A stretch of 64,000 nt of DNA from Bordetella parapertussis (GTDB lineage Bacteria; Pseudomonadota; Gammaproteobacteria; Burkholderiales; JACQAP01), in the NCBI GenBank assembly GCA_945900965.1, contig CAMDKM010000008.1, positions 33,302-97,301 on the forward strand. Direction: 5' to 3'. Numbering within the stretch: the first letter of the stretch is position 1; the number at the start of each line of letters is the position of its first letter. The notes below the pieces were generated by a model, which saw only the letters and a list, made by a program, of their open reading frames with translations, was not told where the DNA came from and searched no databases. The translations under genes and the position numbers were made by a program. This document shows positions 28,456 to 37,224 of this stretch, one piece after another.

Positions 28456-28469
28456 TTGATACCGGTCAA
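28456..28469. promoter_or_regulatory. FNR-type box TTGATACCGGTCAA
   Basis: Lies 48-61 nt upstream of the longest kinase ORF start. Confidence 0.5.
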
Positions 28470-28477
28470 CTCGAAAG

Positions 28478-28553
28478 GCGCAATAAGCGCAGCGCATTGC
28501 GCCCTTGCGTGATGACGGTTTACATTCGGCGCAATAACGATTGCGCCCTACGG
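28478..28553. repeat. Two REP-like palindromes (ggcgcaataagcgcagcgcattgcgcc; ggcgcaataacgattgcgccctacgg)
   Basis: Inverted-repeat structure read directly from the sequence. Confidence 0.8.
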
Positions 28554-28830
28554 TCCTTTGCCAACCAAGGTTAACAAGTCCTCGTCATCAACGAAGTAGG
28601 AGCTAACTCGGTAGATGCGACGAAGAAGGCAAAAGACAAGGCCTGACCCCACATCTCCGTTCGCGCTGAGCTTGTCGAAGCGTCGCACTTTGAGAAAGGG
28701 CTTCGACGAGCTATATACGTAGATCAGCGTAAGTCTCACGGTCCTCGAGCCCATCCTGATATCGAAATTTCCACGCTTGAAAAGTTGTTCCGCGATCGGT
28801 AACGAATTGTCGAAGGCGCGTGACGGACAT

Positions 28831-28844
28831 TTGATCTGGATCAA
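28831..28844. promoter_or_regulatory. FNR-type box TTGATCTGGATCAA (perfect) abutting a C10 tract
   Basis: Lies in a gene-poor segment. The ORF-track TTG start at 28844 is the box itself. Confidence 0.5.
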
Positions 28845-28845
28845 T

Positions 28846-28855
28846 CCCCCCCCCC
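28846..28855. repeat. Homopolymer C10 (G10 on the minus strand)
   Basis: tcaatcccccccccccgag, counted by hand as 10 C. Confidence 0.85.
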
Positions 28856-29076
28856 GAGTTGGGAAACTCTGTTCCCGTACTTGGAGTCTCGAATGCAGTG
28901 AAATTTACCAAGACCTTAAGAAATGCACACTGAGTGCAAATCCTTCAACGGGAAGCGAAGGATTCGCCAACGATATTTTGTATGTCCCGGGTGGCATTAA
29001 ACCAACGACCGGTGCCCGGCACCGCGCTAAACAGTAGCGAAGCGTGTATTAGAGACCTTAAGAAAAGGAGATTGAG

Positions 29077-29307
29077 ATGATACGTACCACGTGCCCCAAC
29101 GCATCGAGCTTGATTCTGGCAGCCACCTTGTTGGGTGGCTCGCAATTGGCGGGCGCTCAAGATACCGGGCTGCCTGACTATCTCGCCGACCGCGGCGATG
29201 CCATCCGTACCTCGCTGCTGGCCACCTACATCCGGCCCAGGGAATTCATCTTCTACCCGTTCTACGAATACACGCGCACCTCCAACATAGATGTGGCAAT
29301 GATGTGA
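29077..29307 (+). pseudogene. Signal-peptide ORF, likely the truncated 5' fragment of an exported or outer-membrane protein
   Basis: RBS aaaaggag. Encodes MIRTTCPNASSLILAATLLGGSQLAGAQD...FYPFYEYTRTSN and then stops. No continuation was found in any frame. Confidence 0.4.
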
Positions 29308-29779
29308 AGGAAGATATCAGCTTGGGTTCGTGATCAGATTGAAGCCGGGAAATCAGGCCGCTGAAGCGCCGGCAATAAAAGGATGGGAGAAAATTCTCTC
29401 CAGCGCACAAACCGGAAGAGGTCACTGTCAGGCTTGGTTTTGTTGTCGATGCCCGACGCGGGGAAACGCGGAAATCGACTGATACAGTGGCGTGATCGTA
29501 CGTCTAGACTTCACGATACCAGGCTGGGCCCCTTAAAATCGGGTTGGCGCCCTGCTGCATTTGCCGGCAATCGGCACTGTCGTCAAAACCCCACATTGGC
29601 AACGGCCCATAGAACCTAAGCCAGACAAGGCGGAACCAAACAGGCGCAGATGGAAAATACCGCAACCGTAGTTCCTATGGTTGCTGGCTTGCTTGCTTTT
29701 CCTCGCGCTTCGGTCATTCGAGGGCAAGCTTCGCGAGAATGACCCATAATATAGAGACACCCTTAAAAACGCCAATGAC

Positions 29780-31030
29780 TCAGTAGTTGAAGACCAACGT
29801 CGCCCACACCCGGGTGAGGTCCGTTTTCCCTGAGGCCGGATCGCCGGCCCGGTAGTCCGCATATTCGATTTTGCCCACAAGTTGTGGCGTCAGTGCGTAC
29901 GCCGCGCTGACATCGAACTCCCGCCCGAACTCGATATTGCCGACGTCGGAATTGAAGTGATGGTATTCGCCGAGAAGTTGCAGCTTCTCTATCTTTGTCC
30001 CCGCGGTATAGAACACATCCTGAATGCCTTGCCTGGGCGTGACGAGAAATTGATCGGCCCAACCCTGGAAGAGGTGGTTGGTCGCCAGCGGGAACTGGAA
30101 GGCATATTCGCCCCGATTGCTGCCTAGTATCTCCTGGTCGGCGCGAATGAAGGTATCGCGCCACTGGCCGCCGATGCCGATGCGCCGGTATTCGGCGTCG
30201 ATGCGCAGGTCGCTTCCCGCGTGTGGGTGCTGTTTGGCGACTTCTCCGGTATAGAGGAATTTCCATTCCTCGCCTAAAGGGCGAGTGCCGTCCAGGCGCA
30301 GCCCGGTGATCCGGTTGGATGTGTTCGTCGGTGGCGCGGTGGCGAATGCCGAAGGACTGATGGCGTTCGCCTGATTTTGAAAATAGCCGTAAGCCGCCAG
30401 AGTATCGGTGGGAGAAAGCGAGACACGCGCGTTGAGAAGTACGGTGTCCGTCTCGAACTGCCGCGTGCTGACGGTTTTCACCCGGCCGAGGTAGCCCATG
30501 ATAATGCGCGTGCCGGGAAGGCTGCGATTCTCAAAGGTAATGCCGTTGAATACCTGCATCACCTGGCGGAATTCGACATTGCCGATGAATCGCACATTGT
30601 CGAGTTTGATCGACTGTCGGCCAGTTCGAATCACGGTGTCGGGCAAGCCGGAATAGTCCACGAAAAGCTGATTGACATCCGTATTGTCCGGGTCGGCGAT
30701 CACGGGGTATTGAATCTTGCCATTGAGGCTGTCGTTGTAATCGTCGTTCAGCCGGCCGACATCGATCAATTCCACTGTGCCGGAAAATCCCCGCCATGAC
30801 CCGCTGCGCCAGCCTGCAAGCGTGCGAAGCGTCGTGGCGTTGCCGTTATCTCTTGCTTCCTGTTGGGCGCGCTCATGACGCAGACGAAAACTCAGAATGG
30901 GCTTGCCGAAGAAAAACCCCTCTTCGGGAATTGCATTGTCCGCGGCCCAGGCGCCACCTGTTGCGATGAGCAGGAGGCCGATGAACGAAAATCGGCAGGC
31001 TATATTGCAATGTCTTGCGGGGTGCGGCAT
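29780..31030 (-). CDS. Outer-membrane beta-barrel channel (alginate-export/AlgE-like family, assigned by pattern)
   Basis: Signal peptide ...LLLIATGGAWA, alternating beta pattern and a C-terminal TLVFNY. The ATG overlaps the senC stop (ATGA). Confidence 0.75.
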   Translation of the reverse strand: MPHPARHCNIACRFSFIGLLLIATGGAWAADNAIPEEGFFFGKPILSFRLRHERAQQEARDNGNATTLRTLAGWRSGSWRGFSGTVELIDVGRLNDDYNDSLNGKIQYPVIADPDNTDVNQLFVDYSGLPDTVIRTGRQSIKLDNVRFIGNVEFRQVMQVFNGITFENRSLPGTRIIMGYLGRVKTVSTRQFETDTVLLNARVSLSPTDTLAAYGYFQNQANAISPSAFATAPPTNTSNRITGLRLDGTRPLGEEWKFLYTGEVAKQHPHAGSDLRIDAEYRRIGIGGQWRDTFIRADQEILGSNRGEYAFQFPLATNHLFQGWADQFLVTPRQGIQDVFYTAGTKIEKLQLLGEYHHFNSDVGNIEFGREFDVSAAYALTPQLVGKIEYADYRAGDPASGKTDLTRVWATLVFNY

Positions 31031-31617
31031 CAGGATCGCCTCGATGCCGCCAGCGCCTTACGTGCCGCGGCGAGAAATTCCGCATCCAGTGCGCCCAGCC
31101 TGGTCGTACGCGCCACAATACGTCCCTGTCTATCCAGCAGTATCAGAACGCTGGAATGATTGAACTCGCCGTTAGCAAGTTGTCGGTACTGCACCCCAAG
31201 CACGCCGGCAATCTTGCGCACCGAAGGAGTGTCCGTCGTGAGTAGCGCCCAGCGGGATTCGTCAATGTGGCGTTGTTTCGACAATACCTTGAGCTTCGCC
31301 GGGGTGTCGTGAGCCGGGTCGAGCGAAATCAGCGAAGTACGTAGCTCGGCTCGTTCGGTCTGGCCAAGCGCGTCTTCGGTCATCTTGAGCGTTTCAACAA
31401 TCAGCGGGCAGACATTGGAGCAGCCCGAGTAGAACATGGCAATGAACGAGACATGCCCATGGGTAGCGGCCAACGTGCGACGTCCGCCGTTCTGATCCAG
31501 CAGCGGTGCCTGCATGTGATAGATCGAGTCAGCAGGCAGAGCCATCTCCCCGGCTCGAACGCCCACGCCTGCCAGCAATGCCAGCGCCAGAGAAATGAGA
31601 GCCGTAGTTGATCTCAT
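31030..31617 (-). CDS. senC: SCO1/SenC-family copper chaperone
   Basis: Thioredoxin-like fold with CSNVCP (CxxxC) and a downstream His (FNHSSVLILLD). Has a signal/anchor. Confidence 0.85.
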   Translation of the reverse strand: MRSTTALISLALALLAGVGVRAGEMALPADSIYHMQAPLLDQNGGRRTLAATHGHVSFIAMFYSGCSNVCPLIVETLKMTEDALGQTERAELRTSLISLDPAHDTPAKLKVLSKQRHIDESRWALLTTDTPSVRKIAGVLGVQYRQLANGEFNHSSVLILLDRQGRIVARTTRLGALDAEFLAAARKALAASRRS

Positions 31618-31711
31618 CGAAAAAATTCAAGAGTGGGGATGGAATTCACATCAGGTTCGGCGCTAAGAGCTTTGCCTCAAGATCAGATCGAGAAAGTGCT
31701 ATATGAGTCCC

Positions 31712-31765
31712 GATGGTTTCTCTGTGTCCTCTGTTTTCTCTGTGCCCTCTGTGTCGAATGCTCTT
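31712..31765. repeat. CACAGAGG-family repeat copy
   Basis: Sequence is gatggtttctctgtgtcctctgttttctctgtgccctctgtgtcg. Confidence 0.75.
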
Positions 31766-31773
31766 GACCTGTT

Positions 31774-32559
31774 TCATCGCGTTACTCCATCGAGGTCGCG
31801 CGCGCAGCGGAATCCCAGGTTGCCGGTGGTATCGGCGGCTCGCAAAGACGACAGCAGGGCAATGCGCATCAGAATGGCGTAATTCTCCCGATCCGACACG
31901 CTCAGCGCCCCGGCTCCGCAAAATTTTCGCAGGTCCGGATCGCCCTGTTCGCGGTTGTCGCTGGAGACCATCATGCCCGCATGATCCTCCACCCATTCCC
32001 ATATCAAGCCGTGAAGATCCTGAATGCCGTAGAGGTTGGGCGGCGATTTTCCCACGGCGGGAAGCGGGGAAACGGACGGGCGCGCGTACCAGGACAGGAT
32101 GTGCTCCCGCCATGCCGGATCATCGCGCGCGTCCCTGCGCGTTTCGTCGGCCGCGGCGGCCCATTCCCATTCGTGCCAGGTCGGCAGTCTGGCGGCTTCG
32201 CCTTCGCAAAAAGCCTGGGCAGCAAACCAACTGACATGGGTGACAGGGCTATTGCGTCCGGCCTTGCCTGGGAGATTCGCGGACGCCCAGTGGCTAAGGT
32301 AACGTCCGTCGACAAAAATATCGGGAGCGTGCCCACGCTGCCAGGCGGGGTGACTTAAGACGAAGGCAAGAAATTCGCCATTGGTGACGGGCCGGGCGCG
32401 CAATTCGAACGACGTTACCTTCGCTGTTGGCGAGGCCGCGTCGGGCGGCAGTACGCTGCGCAATTCCCCGCCGGCGACCCGGCGGTACGCGACCGGCTGC
32501 GCCAGCGCCCCGAAGGCACTGGCGCCGAGCACCACGAGCACCAGAAGTCTTGCCATCAT
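31774..32559 (-). CDS. nirV: NirV (formylglycine-generating-enzyme/sulfatase-modifying-factor family)
   Basis: VTNGEFLAFV, PVTHVSWFAAQAFC, WEW, and LGFRCAR at the C-terminus. Lies immediately downstream of nirK. Confidence 0.85.
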   Translation of the reverse strand: MMARLLVLVVLGASAFGALAQPVAYRRVAGGELRSVLPPDAASPTAKVTSFELRARPVTNGEFLAFVLSHPAWQRGHAPDIFVDGRYLSHWASANLPGKAGRNSPVTHVSWFAAQAFCEGEAARLPTWHEWEWAAAADETRRDARDDPAWREHILSWYARPSVSPLPAVGKSPPNLYGIQDLHGLIWEWVEDHAGMMVSSDNREQGDPDLRKFCGAGALSVSDRENYAILMRIALLSSLRAADTTGNLGFRCARDLDGVTR

Positions 32560-32565
32560 TCATTG

Positions 32566-34041
32566 TTACTCGGCGGCACCTTTGGGTCGGGGCGTGCTGG
32601 CGCGCACTTTGGCGACGTCTTCGCGACTGATGCGGCCGCCCCTATTGCCCCAACTGTTGGCGACATAGGTCAGGATGTTGGCAATCTCGTCGTCGTTGAG
32701 CTGGCTCATCGGCGGCATCACCGAGTTGTAGTCACGGCCATTGACCTTGACCGGGCCAGTCAATCCGTTTAGCACCACCGGAATCGCTTTGCGCGGGTCG
32801 GTGCCCAGCCAGTCGGACTTGGCCAGAGGCGGAAATACTCCCGGCAACCCTTCGCCATTGGCTTGATGGCACACCGAGCAGGTGCCGGCAAACAGCGCCT
32901 CGCCCGCTTTGGCTTGTTGCTCACTTGTAAGTGTGCCGTTGGCTGCTGCCGAGGTCGCCTGTTCGATGGCGCCCGAAGGTTGTGCCTTGTCGGCGAGGTA
33001 AACGGAATCGACCTCCTTGCCGGAATAGATGGCTTTGTTTTCCGGACCCTCGACCTTAAGCATACCGAGTGCGCCTTTGTTGAAGGCGCGAAGCAGCGCA
33101 TGATCGACCAGGATGTAGGTGCCGGGTACTTCCAGCTTGAACTCCACGATGGCTGATCCGCCCGCCGGAACCATGGTGGTCTGCACGTTTTCCTGATACC
33201 GGGTTCCACCTTCGGTGTAGACCTTGTCGAAGATTTCGCCGATCACATGAAAACTTGACGACAGGTTTGGCCCGCCGTTGCCCACAAACATCCGCACGCG
33301 TTCGCCAACTTTGGCCTTCAGGGCCTTGTCCCCGACCATCGCCCCTTCGGAACCGTTGAACACGACATAGGTGGCATTTTCGTCGATGGCCTTTTGCATA
33401 TCGAAGGGCTGCAAGCCTTTGGCCCGATATTTACCGACCGTGTAAAAATCTCCCTGCACGACCTGGAATTCGCGATCCACCGGTGGCAAGCCCTCCGGTG
33501 GCTCAACCAGGATCAATCCGTACATGCCGTTGGCCACATGCATGCCAACCGGCGCGGTTGCACAGTGATACACATAAAGACCTTGGTTCAGCGCTTTGAA
33601 GGTGAACTGCGAGGCGTGGCCCGGTGCGGTGAAACTGGAAGCCGCGCCGCCACCTGGACCCGTGACGGCGTGCAGGTCGATGTTGTGCGGCATCTTCGAG
33701 TCGGGATGATTTTTGAGGTGAAATTCCACGGTGTCGCCCTGGCGCACGCGAATAAACGAGCCGGGGACCGTGCCGCCAAAAGTCCAGAACGTATAGATGA
33801 CTCCTTCGGCCATCGGTTTTTCGATTTCGCGCACTTCCAGATCGACGATGACCTTGGCGGGTTTTTTTCGATTGACCGGAGGTGGGACTTCGGGCGGACT
33901 GGTCAATACCGCTTGAATCGGCTCGCCCTGGGGTGGGCCGAAGTCGCCGGCAGCCGAACCCCCGGTGTCCTGGGATTTGTTGCAGGCCGAGAGCGATACG
34001 GTCAATACGACCAACGCATGGAGGGCGATATTTTTCGTCAA
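32566..34041 (-). CDS. nirK: Copper nitrite reductase NirK, lipoprotein form with a C-terminal cytochrome c domain
   Basis: Lipobox LSAC, Cu ligand motifs [10 protein letters not shown] and [20 protein letters not shown], and a C-terminal [11 protein letters not shown]...MPPM. Confidence 0.92.
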   Translation of the reverse strand: MTKNIALHALVVLTVSLSACNKSQDTGGSAAGDFGPPQGEPIQAVLTSPPEVPPPVNRKKPAKVIVDLEVREIEKPMAEGVIYTFWTFGGTVPGSFIRVRQGDTVEFHLKNHPDSKMPHNIDLHAVTGPGGGAASSFTAPGHASQFTFKALNQGLYVYHCATAPVGMHVANGMYGLILVEPPEGLPPVDREFQVVQGDFYTVGKYRAKGLQPFDMQKAIDENATYVVFNGSEGAMVGDKALKAKVGERVRMFVGNGGPNLSSSFHVIGEIFDKVYTEGGTRYQENVQTTMVPAGGSAIVEFKLEVPGTYILVDHALLRAFNKGALGMLKVEGPENKAIYSGKEVDSVYLADKAQPSGAIEQATSAAANGTLTSEQQAKAGEALFAGTCSVCHQANGEGLPGVFPPLAKSDWLGTDPRKAIPVVLNGLTGPVKVNGRDYNSVMPPMSQLNDDEIANILTYVANSWGNRGGRISREDVAKVRASTPRPKGAAE

Positions 34042-34104
34042 GGAAGGCTCCTATACGGTTATTGAGTCTGGGGAAAACGTTAACCCCGAAGAGCCTGGCT
34101 GCGT

Positions 34105-34118
34105 TTGATCCAGGTCAA
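34105..34118. promoter_or_regulatory. FNR/NnrR/Dnr-type box TTGATCCAGGTCAA
   Basis: Lies 64-77 nt upstream of the nirK ATG. Confidence 0.7.
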
Positions 34119-34144
34119 CAGCGCTAGGGGGGAACAGCCCGGGA

Positions 34145-34756
34145 TCAACGTGGTGGCGTCGCCTGGTGGTTCTTCTTTGCCAGCATGCTCAGCAAGCCAT
34201 CGATACCACTGCGTTGTACTTCCTCGTTGAACTGCGAACGATAGGTCAGCACCACGCTTACGTTCTCCACCGCGATGTCATAGACCTTCCATCCGTCCGG
34301 GGATTGCCACATTGCGTAATTCACCCGCACCGGCTGGGCGCCGCTAATTTCGAATCGGGTCCGTACCGTCACATCGTTATCCGCGGGGCCGAATTGCAGG
34401 GGTTCCACGACCGCTTGCTGGCCCTGATAGGCATCGATGGCAAAGGAATAGGTGCGCGTGATGAGCGTGCTGAATTCCGCAACCATGAGACGGCGTTGCT
34501 CCGGAGAAGCATTACGCCAGGCACGGCCCATGGCAAACCGGGTCATTTTTTCAAAGTCGATGAGAGGAAGAATCTTCTTCCTGGCAATGGCCAGTGCTTC
34601 CTCGCGGGGTTTCCCGGTCTTTTGCGTATGTTCTATGGCGGCGAGAACGTCGCTCAAGACTTGTTCGACCAGACGGTCCGGCGCCAGTCCGTCCGCCTTG
34701 CAATAACCGCATAGGCAGGCCAGAAACGCGAGTGTCGCCGCAGCCCGGCCGATCAT
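34145..34756 (-). CDS. MlaC/Ttg2D-like periplasmic lipid-binding protein (solitary)
   Basis: Contains ILPLIDFEKMTRFAMGRAWRNASPEQRRLMVAEFSTLITRTYS...WKVYDIAVENVSVVLTYRSQF. Start trimmed to MIGRAAATLAFL. Confidence 0.75.
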   Translation of the reverse strand: MIGRAAATLAFLACLCGYCKADGLAPDRLVEQVLSDVLAAIEHTQKTGKPREEALAIARKKILPLIDFEKMTRFAMGRAWRNASPEQRRLMVAEFSTLITRTYSFAIDAYQGQQAVVEPLQFGPADNDVTVRTRFEISGAQPVRVNYAMWQSPDGWKVYDIAVENVSVVLTYRSQFNEEVQRSGIDGLLSMLAKKNHQATPPR

Positions 34757-34864
34757 TCTCTTGCTTGGAGCCGGCCGCAAGCTCCAGGCCGCAGCGACTG
34801 CGCCAACTTTGTGTCGGATAGCTTGAATCATGCCGGTACGCTAGAACAGTACATCGCAATCGAC

Positions 34865-34878
34865 TTGACCTGCATCAA
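34865..34878. promoter_or_regulatory. FNR-type box TTGACCTGCATCAA
   Basis: Lies 61-74 nt upstream of the cytochrome c ATG 34939. Divergent from the mlaC-like gene. Confidence 0.65.
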
Positions 34879-34938
34879 ACTCTGTCCGGCCGCCTTGAGT
34901 AGCCTTCATGAGTAATCATTACTCGGAGGAAATAAATC

Positions 34939-35454
34939 ATGGCGGCGTCAATCAAACATTGGATCAGTGTCGTTGTTTATCTTGCCTCGGCGATCGTGCT
35001 GGCGGGCACGGCTGCCGTAGAGGCGGACGAAGGGGTTCCTCCGCCAGGCACCTATCGCGTGCTCGATGGCAAGGTGGACCCGGGAACTTACACAGGCTGG
35101 TTTGTTTTTCACATGGCCTGCCACACCTGTCATGGAGAGGGGGCGGTTCCCATCGGCGTCGCTCCGGACTTGCGAAAGAGCCTCAAGACGCTGAGTCAGT
35201 CCGCCTTCACCAACAAGGTGCTGTCGCGCTACCGGATCCTCGTCCCGCCCTCGGAAGCGGCCTCCGAACAGGTGCTACGCGACTCGGTGATGGAAGAAGT
35301 GTTGCGTCAGGAGCGCGGCGAACGCGGCAAGATTTCGATGCCGGCATGGGTGGATAACAAGGCCATGGCGCCTCATGTCCTCGATATCTATGCCTATCTG
35401 AAGGCGCGTTCGGACGAGGCCATCGGCGCGGAGCCTCCGCGTTATTACAAGTGA
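34939..35454 (+). CDS. Monoheme c-type cytochrome, exported
   Basis: Signal peptide plus CHTCH. Confidence 0.8.
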   Translation: MAASIKHWISVVVYLASAIVLAGTAAVEADEGVPPPGTYRVLDGKVDPGTYTGWFVFHMACHTCHGEGAVPIGVAPDLRKSLKTLSQSAFTNKVLSRYRILVPPSEAASEQVLRDSVMEEVLRQERGERGKISMPAWVDNKAMAPHVLDIYAYLKARSDEAIGAEPPRYYK

Positions 35455-35690
35455 CGGGTGAACGGTGATCGGTGGCGTATAAAAGCGTAATAGCGTGAAG
35501 GGTGAATGAGTGAATGAGTGAATGAGTGAAGGGAGAATGCGTGAAGGGTGAACGACTCTGACGGCGTGAAGGGTGAGGAGTTAGGAGTGAGGGGTGAAAC
35601 CTCAATCCCCAATCCCGCTCCTCGATCCCCAATCCCGCTCTTCGCCCCTCGTCCCTCGCCGCAATTGACTGCGGCGCAAAGTTATTTGCC
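35452..35690. repeat. Composite array: GTGAA units, then AATCC units, then CCTCG units
   Basis: Sequence is gtgacgggtgaacggtgatcgg...gtgaatgagtgaatgagtgaatgagtgaaggg...cctcaatccccaatcccgctcctcgatccccaatcccgctcttcgcccctcgtccctcgcc. Confidence 0.9.
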
Positions 35691-35694
35691 ATTC

Positions 35695-36024
35695 CTAAGA
35701 CAGCTTGCTTGAAACTAAGCGGTTCAGACTAATTCCGGATTCGGCCGCCTGGATGACTAGAGAACGGTGAGTTTGCGGTGGAATACGAATCATAAATTTC
35801 CCACTAAACGCTTTCGTGGCGATGGGTTCGGGCACGACTTCGCTACTTTTTCGCATGTCTGCGATGGTTTCTTTCACGAGCCTCCGAATTCCCTGTAACG
35901 CCTTTTCGGGCGTTTTCTCCAACCAGCTCAAACTTGGAAACTCGGCGCATAGTCCAACATGCTCTCCATCTTCTTCGGACCAGGTAACCCGGTATGTATA
36001 TCGGTCAATTGCCTTATTCATCAT
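35695..36024 (-). CDS. hicB: HicB-family antitoxin with a C-terminal RHH
   Basis: Contains YTYRVTWSEEDGEHVGLCAEFPSLSWLEKTPEKALQGIRRLVKETIADM and FSGKFMIRIPPQTHRSLVIQAAESGISLNRLV. Confidence 0.8.
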   Translation of the reverse strand: MMNKAIDRYTYRVTWSEEDGEHVGLCAEFPSLSWLEKTPEKALQGIRRLVKETIADMRKSSEVVPEPIATKAFSGKFMIRIPPQTHRSLVIQAAESGISLNRLVSSKLS

Positions 36025-36265
36025 TTCTCTCCAGACGGTCGATTGCCAGCAGCACTTGGCGTACCTGATAGGGTTTTGCTTTAGCTCGGTCATTTTGAAT
36101 ATTGACGCGAGGATCGCCTTGCCAAGGAGTCTTATAGATTCGGTGACTTGTGCCAGATTGCCTCGGCTTTCCGAAGTATTTGTCGCAAACCTTACAAAGG
36201 TCATTGAAACTAATCCCTTTCGGGTTTTGGCTCATCAGTTTGACGATGTCGACTACCGAAGCCAT
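36014..36265 (-). CDS. hicA: HicA-family mRNA-interferase toxin
   Basis: Contains GISFNDLCKVCDKYFGKPRQSGTSHRIYKTPWQGDPRVNIQNDRAKAKPYQVRQVL. Start trimmed to ATG 36265. Confidence 0.8.
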   Translation of the reverse strand: MASVVDIVKLMSQNPKGISFNDLCKVCDKYFGKPRQSGTSHRIYKTPWQGDPRVNIQNDRAKAKPYQVRQVLLAIDRLERNDE

Positions 36266-36438
36266 GAGGAGAATGGTATCAGTATTGGTACTACTGAGCA
36301 AGGACGCGGATTTGCGTTGTGGGGAGTAAGTTAGTTGTCCGGTTCTGTAGCACGTAATGTGTCCGGTTTTTGGGTGAGCCATGGAAATACCCATAAGCCG
36401 GGCGCGTTGGTTTCAGGAGATGCGGACATTGAGATTTC

Positions 36439-36753
36439 AAGAGGGGGCGGTACCCATTGGCGTTGCCCCCGACTTGAGAATAAGCCTCAAGACGCTGACA
36501 CGCCTTCACCAACAAGGTGCTGTCGCGCTACCTGATCCTCGTCCCGCCCTCGGAAGCGGCCTTCGAACAGGCGCTACGCGACTCGGTCATGGAAGAAGTG
36601 TTGCGTCAGGAGCGCGGCGAACGCGGCAAGATTGCGATGCCGGCATGGGTGGATAACAAGGCCATGGCGCCTCATATCCTCGACATCTATGCCTATCTGA
36701 AGGCGCGTTCGGACGAGGCTATCGGTGCGGAGCCTCCGCGGTATTACAAGTGA
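36439..36753 (+). pseudogene. 3' fragment of a second copy of the 34939 cytochrome c gene (no heme site, frameshifted)
   Basis: Aligns to about 35138-35454 at roughly 90% identity by eye. Has a 5-nt deletion (ctgagtcagtccgcc versus ctgacacgcc). CHTCH is absent. Confidence 0.8.
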
Positions 36754-36935
36754 CGGGTGAACGGTGAATGAGTGAATGGGTGAATGAGTGAAGGAGTGAA
36801 GGGGGAATGCGTGAAGGGTGAGGAGTCAGGAGTGAGGGGTGAAACCTCAATCCTCAATCCCCAATCCTCGATCCCGCTCCTCGATCCTCGATCCTCGTCC
36901 CTCGCCCCTCGTCCCTATTGGCTGCGGCGCTTGCG
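36751..36935. repeat. Composite GTGAA/AATCC/CCTCG array (paralog of 35452-35690)
   Basis: Read directly from the sequence. Confidence 0.9.
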
Positions 36936-36939
36936 GGAA

Positions 36940-37224
36940 TCAAAAGAACGTCGTCAAGTCGGACGGCGTGTAGCCCCCTATCGATTCGGGCGCCTGCGTG
37001 ATGAGACGTTCAATGTCGCATCCCATGACGCGCACGGCGGTGCCAAATTGGAGCGTTGATACTTTGAGTGCGTCAAAAGTGACCATGACGTGAGGGCCAT
37101 CCGGGGAGGCCACCACACGCTGTACTCCGTGAATGCAGGCCAATGCGCTGCACACGCCTCTTAAGGGCGGATCTGATACCGGACCCGTGATTTCCAGTTC
37201 GACCGTTTGCAACAACATTTGCAT
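36940..37224 (-). CDS. Small HMA-like (ferredoxin-fold) protein without a CxxC motif, paralog A
   Basis: ELEITGPVSDPPLRGVCSALACIHGVQRV...VTFDALKVSTLQFGTAVRVMGCDIERL. About 55-60% identical by eye to 54945-55241. Confidence 0.6.
   Translation of the reverse strand: MQMLLQTVELEITGPVSDPPLRGVCSALACIHGVQRVVASPDGPHVMVTFDALKVSTLQFGTAVRVMGCDIERLITQAPESIGGYTPSDLTTFF

Noticed and set aside
28548-28844. 98-aa minus-strand ORF (MIQIKCPSRAF...)
   Set aside because: Its TTG start is the FNR-type box itself and the ORF abuts the G10 tract. No family was recognised. It is discussed as part of the 28410-29780 finding rather than called as a gene.
29383-29619. 78-aa plus-strand ORF and neighbouring short ORFs at 29533-30266
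   Set aside because: They lie in the gene-poor segment or overlap the porin gene in other frames. They have no start context or motifs.
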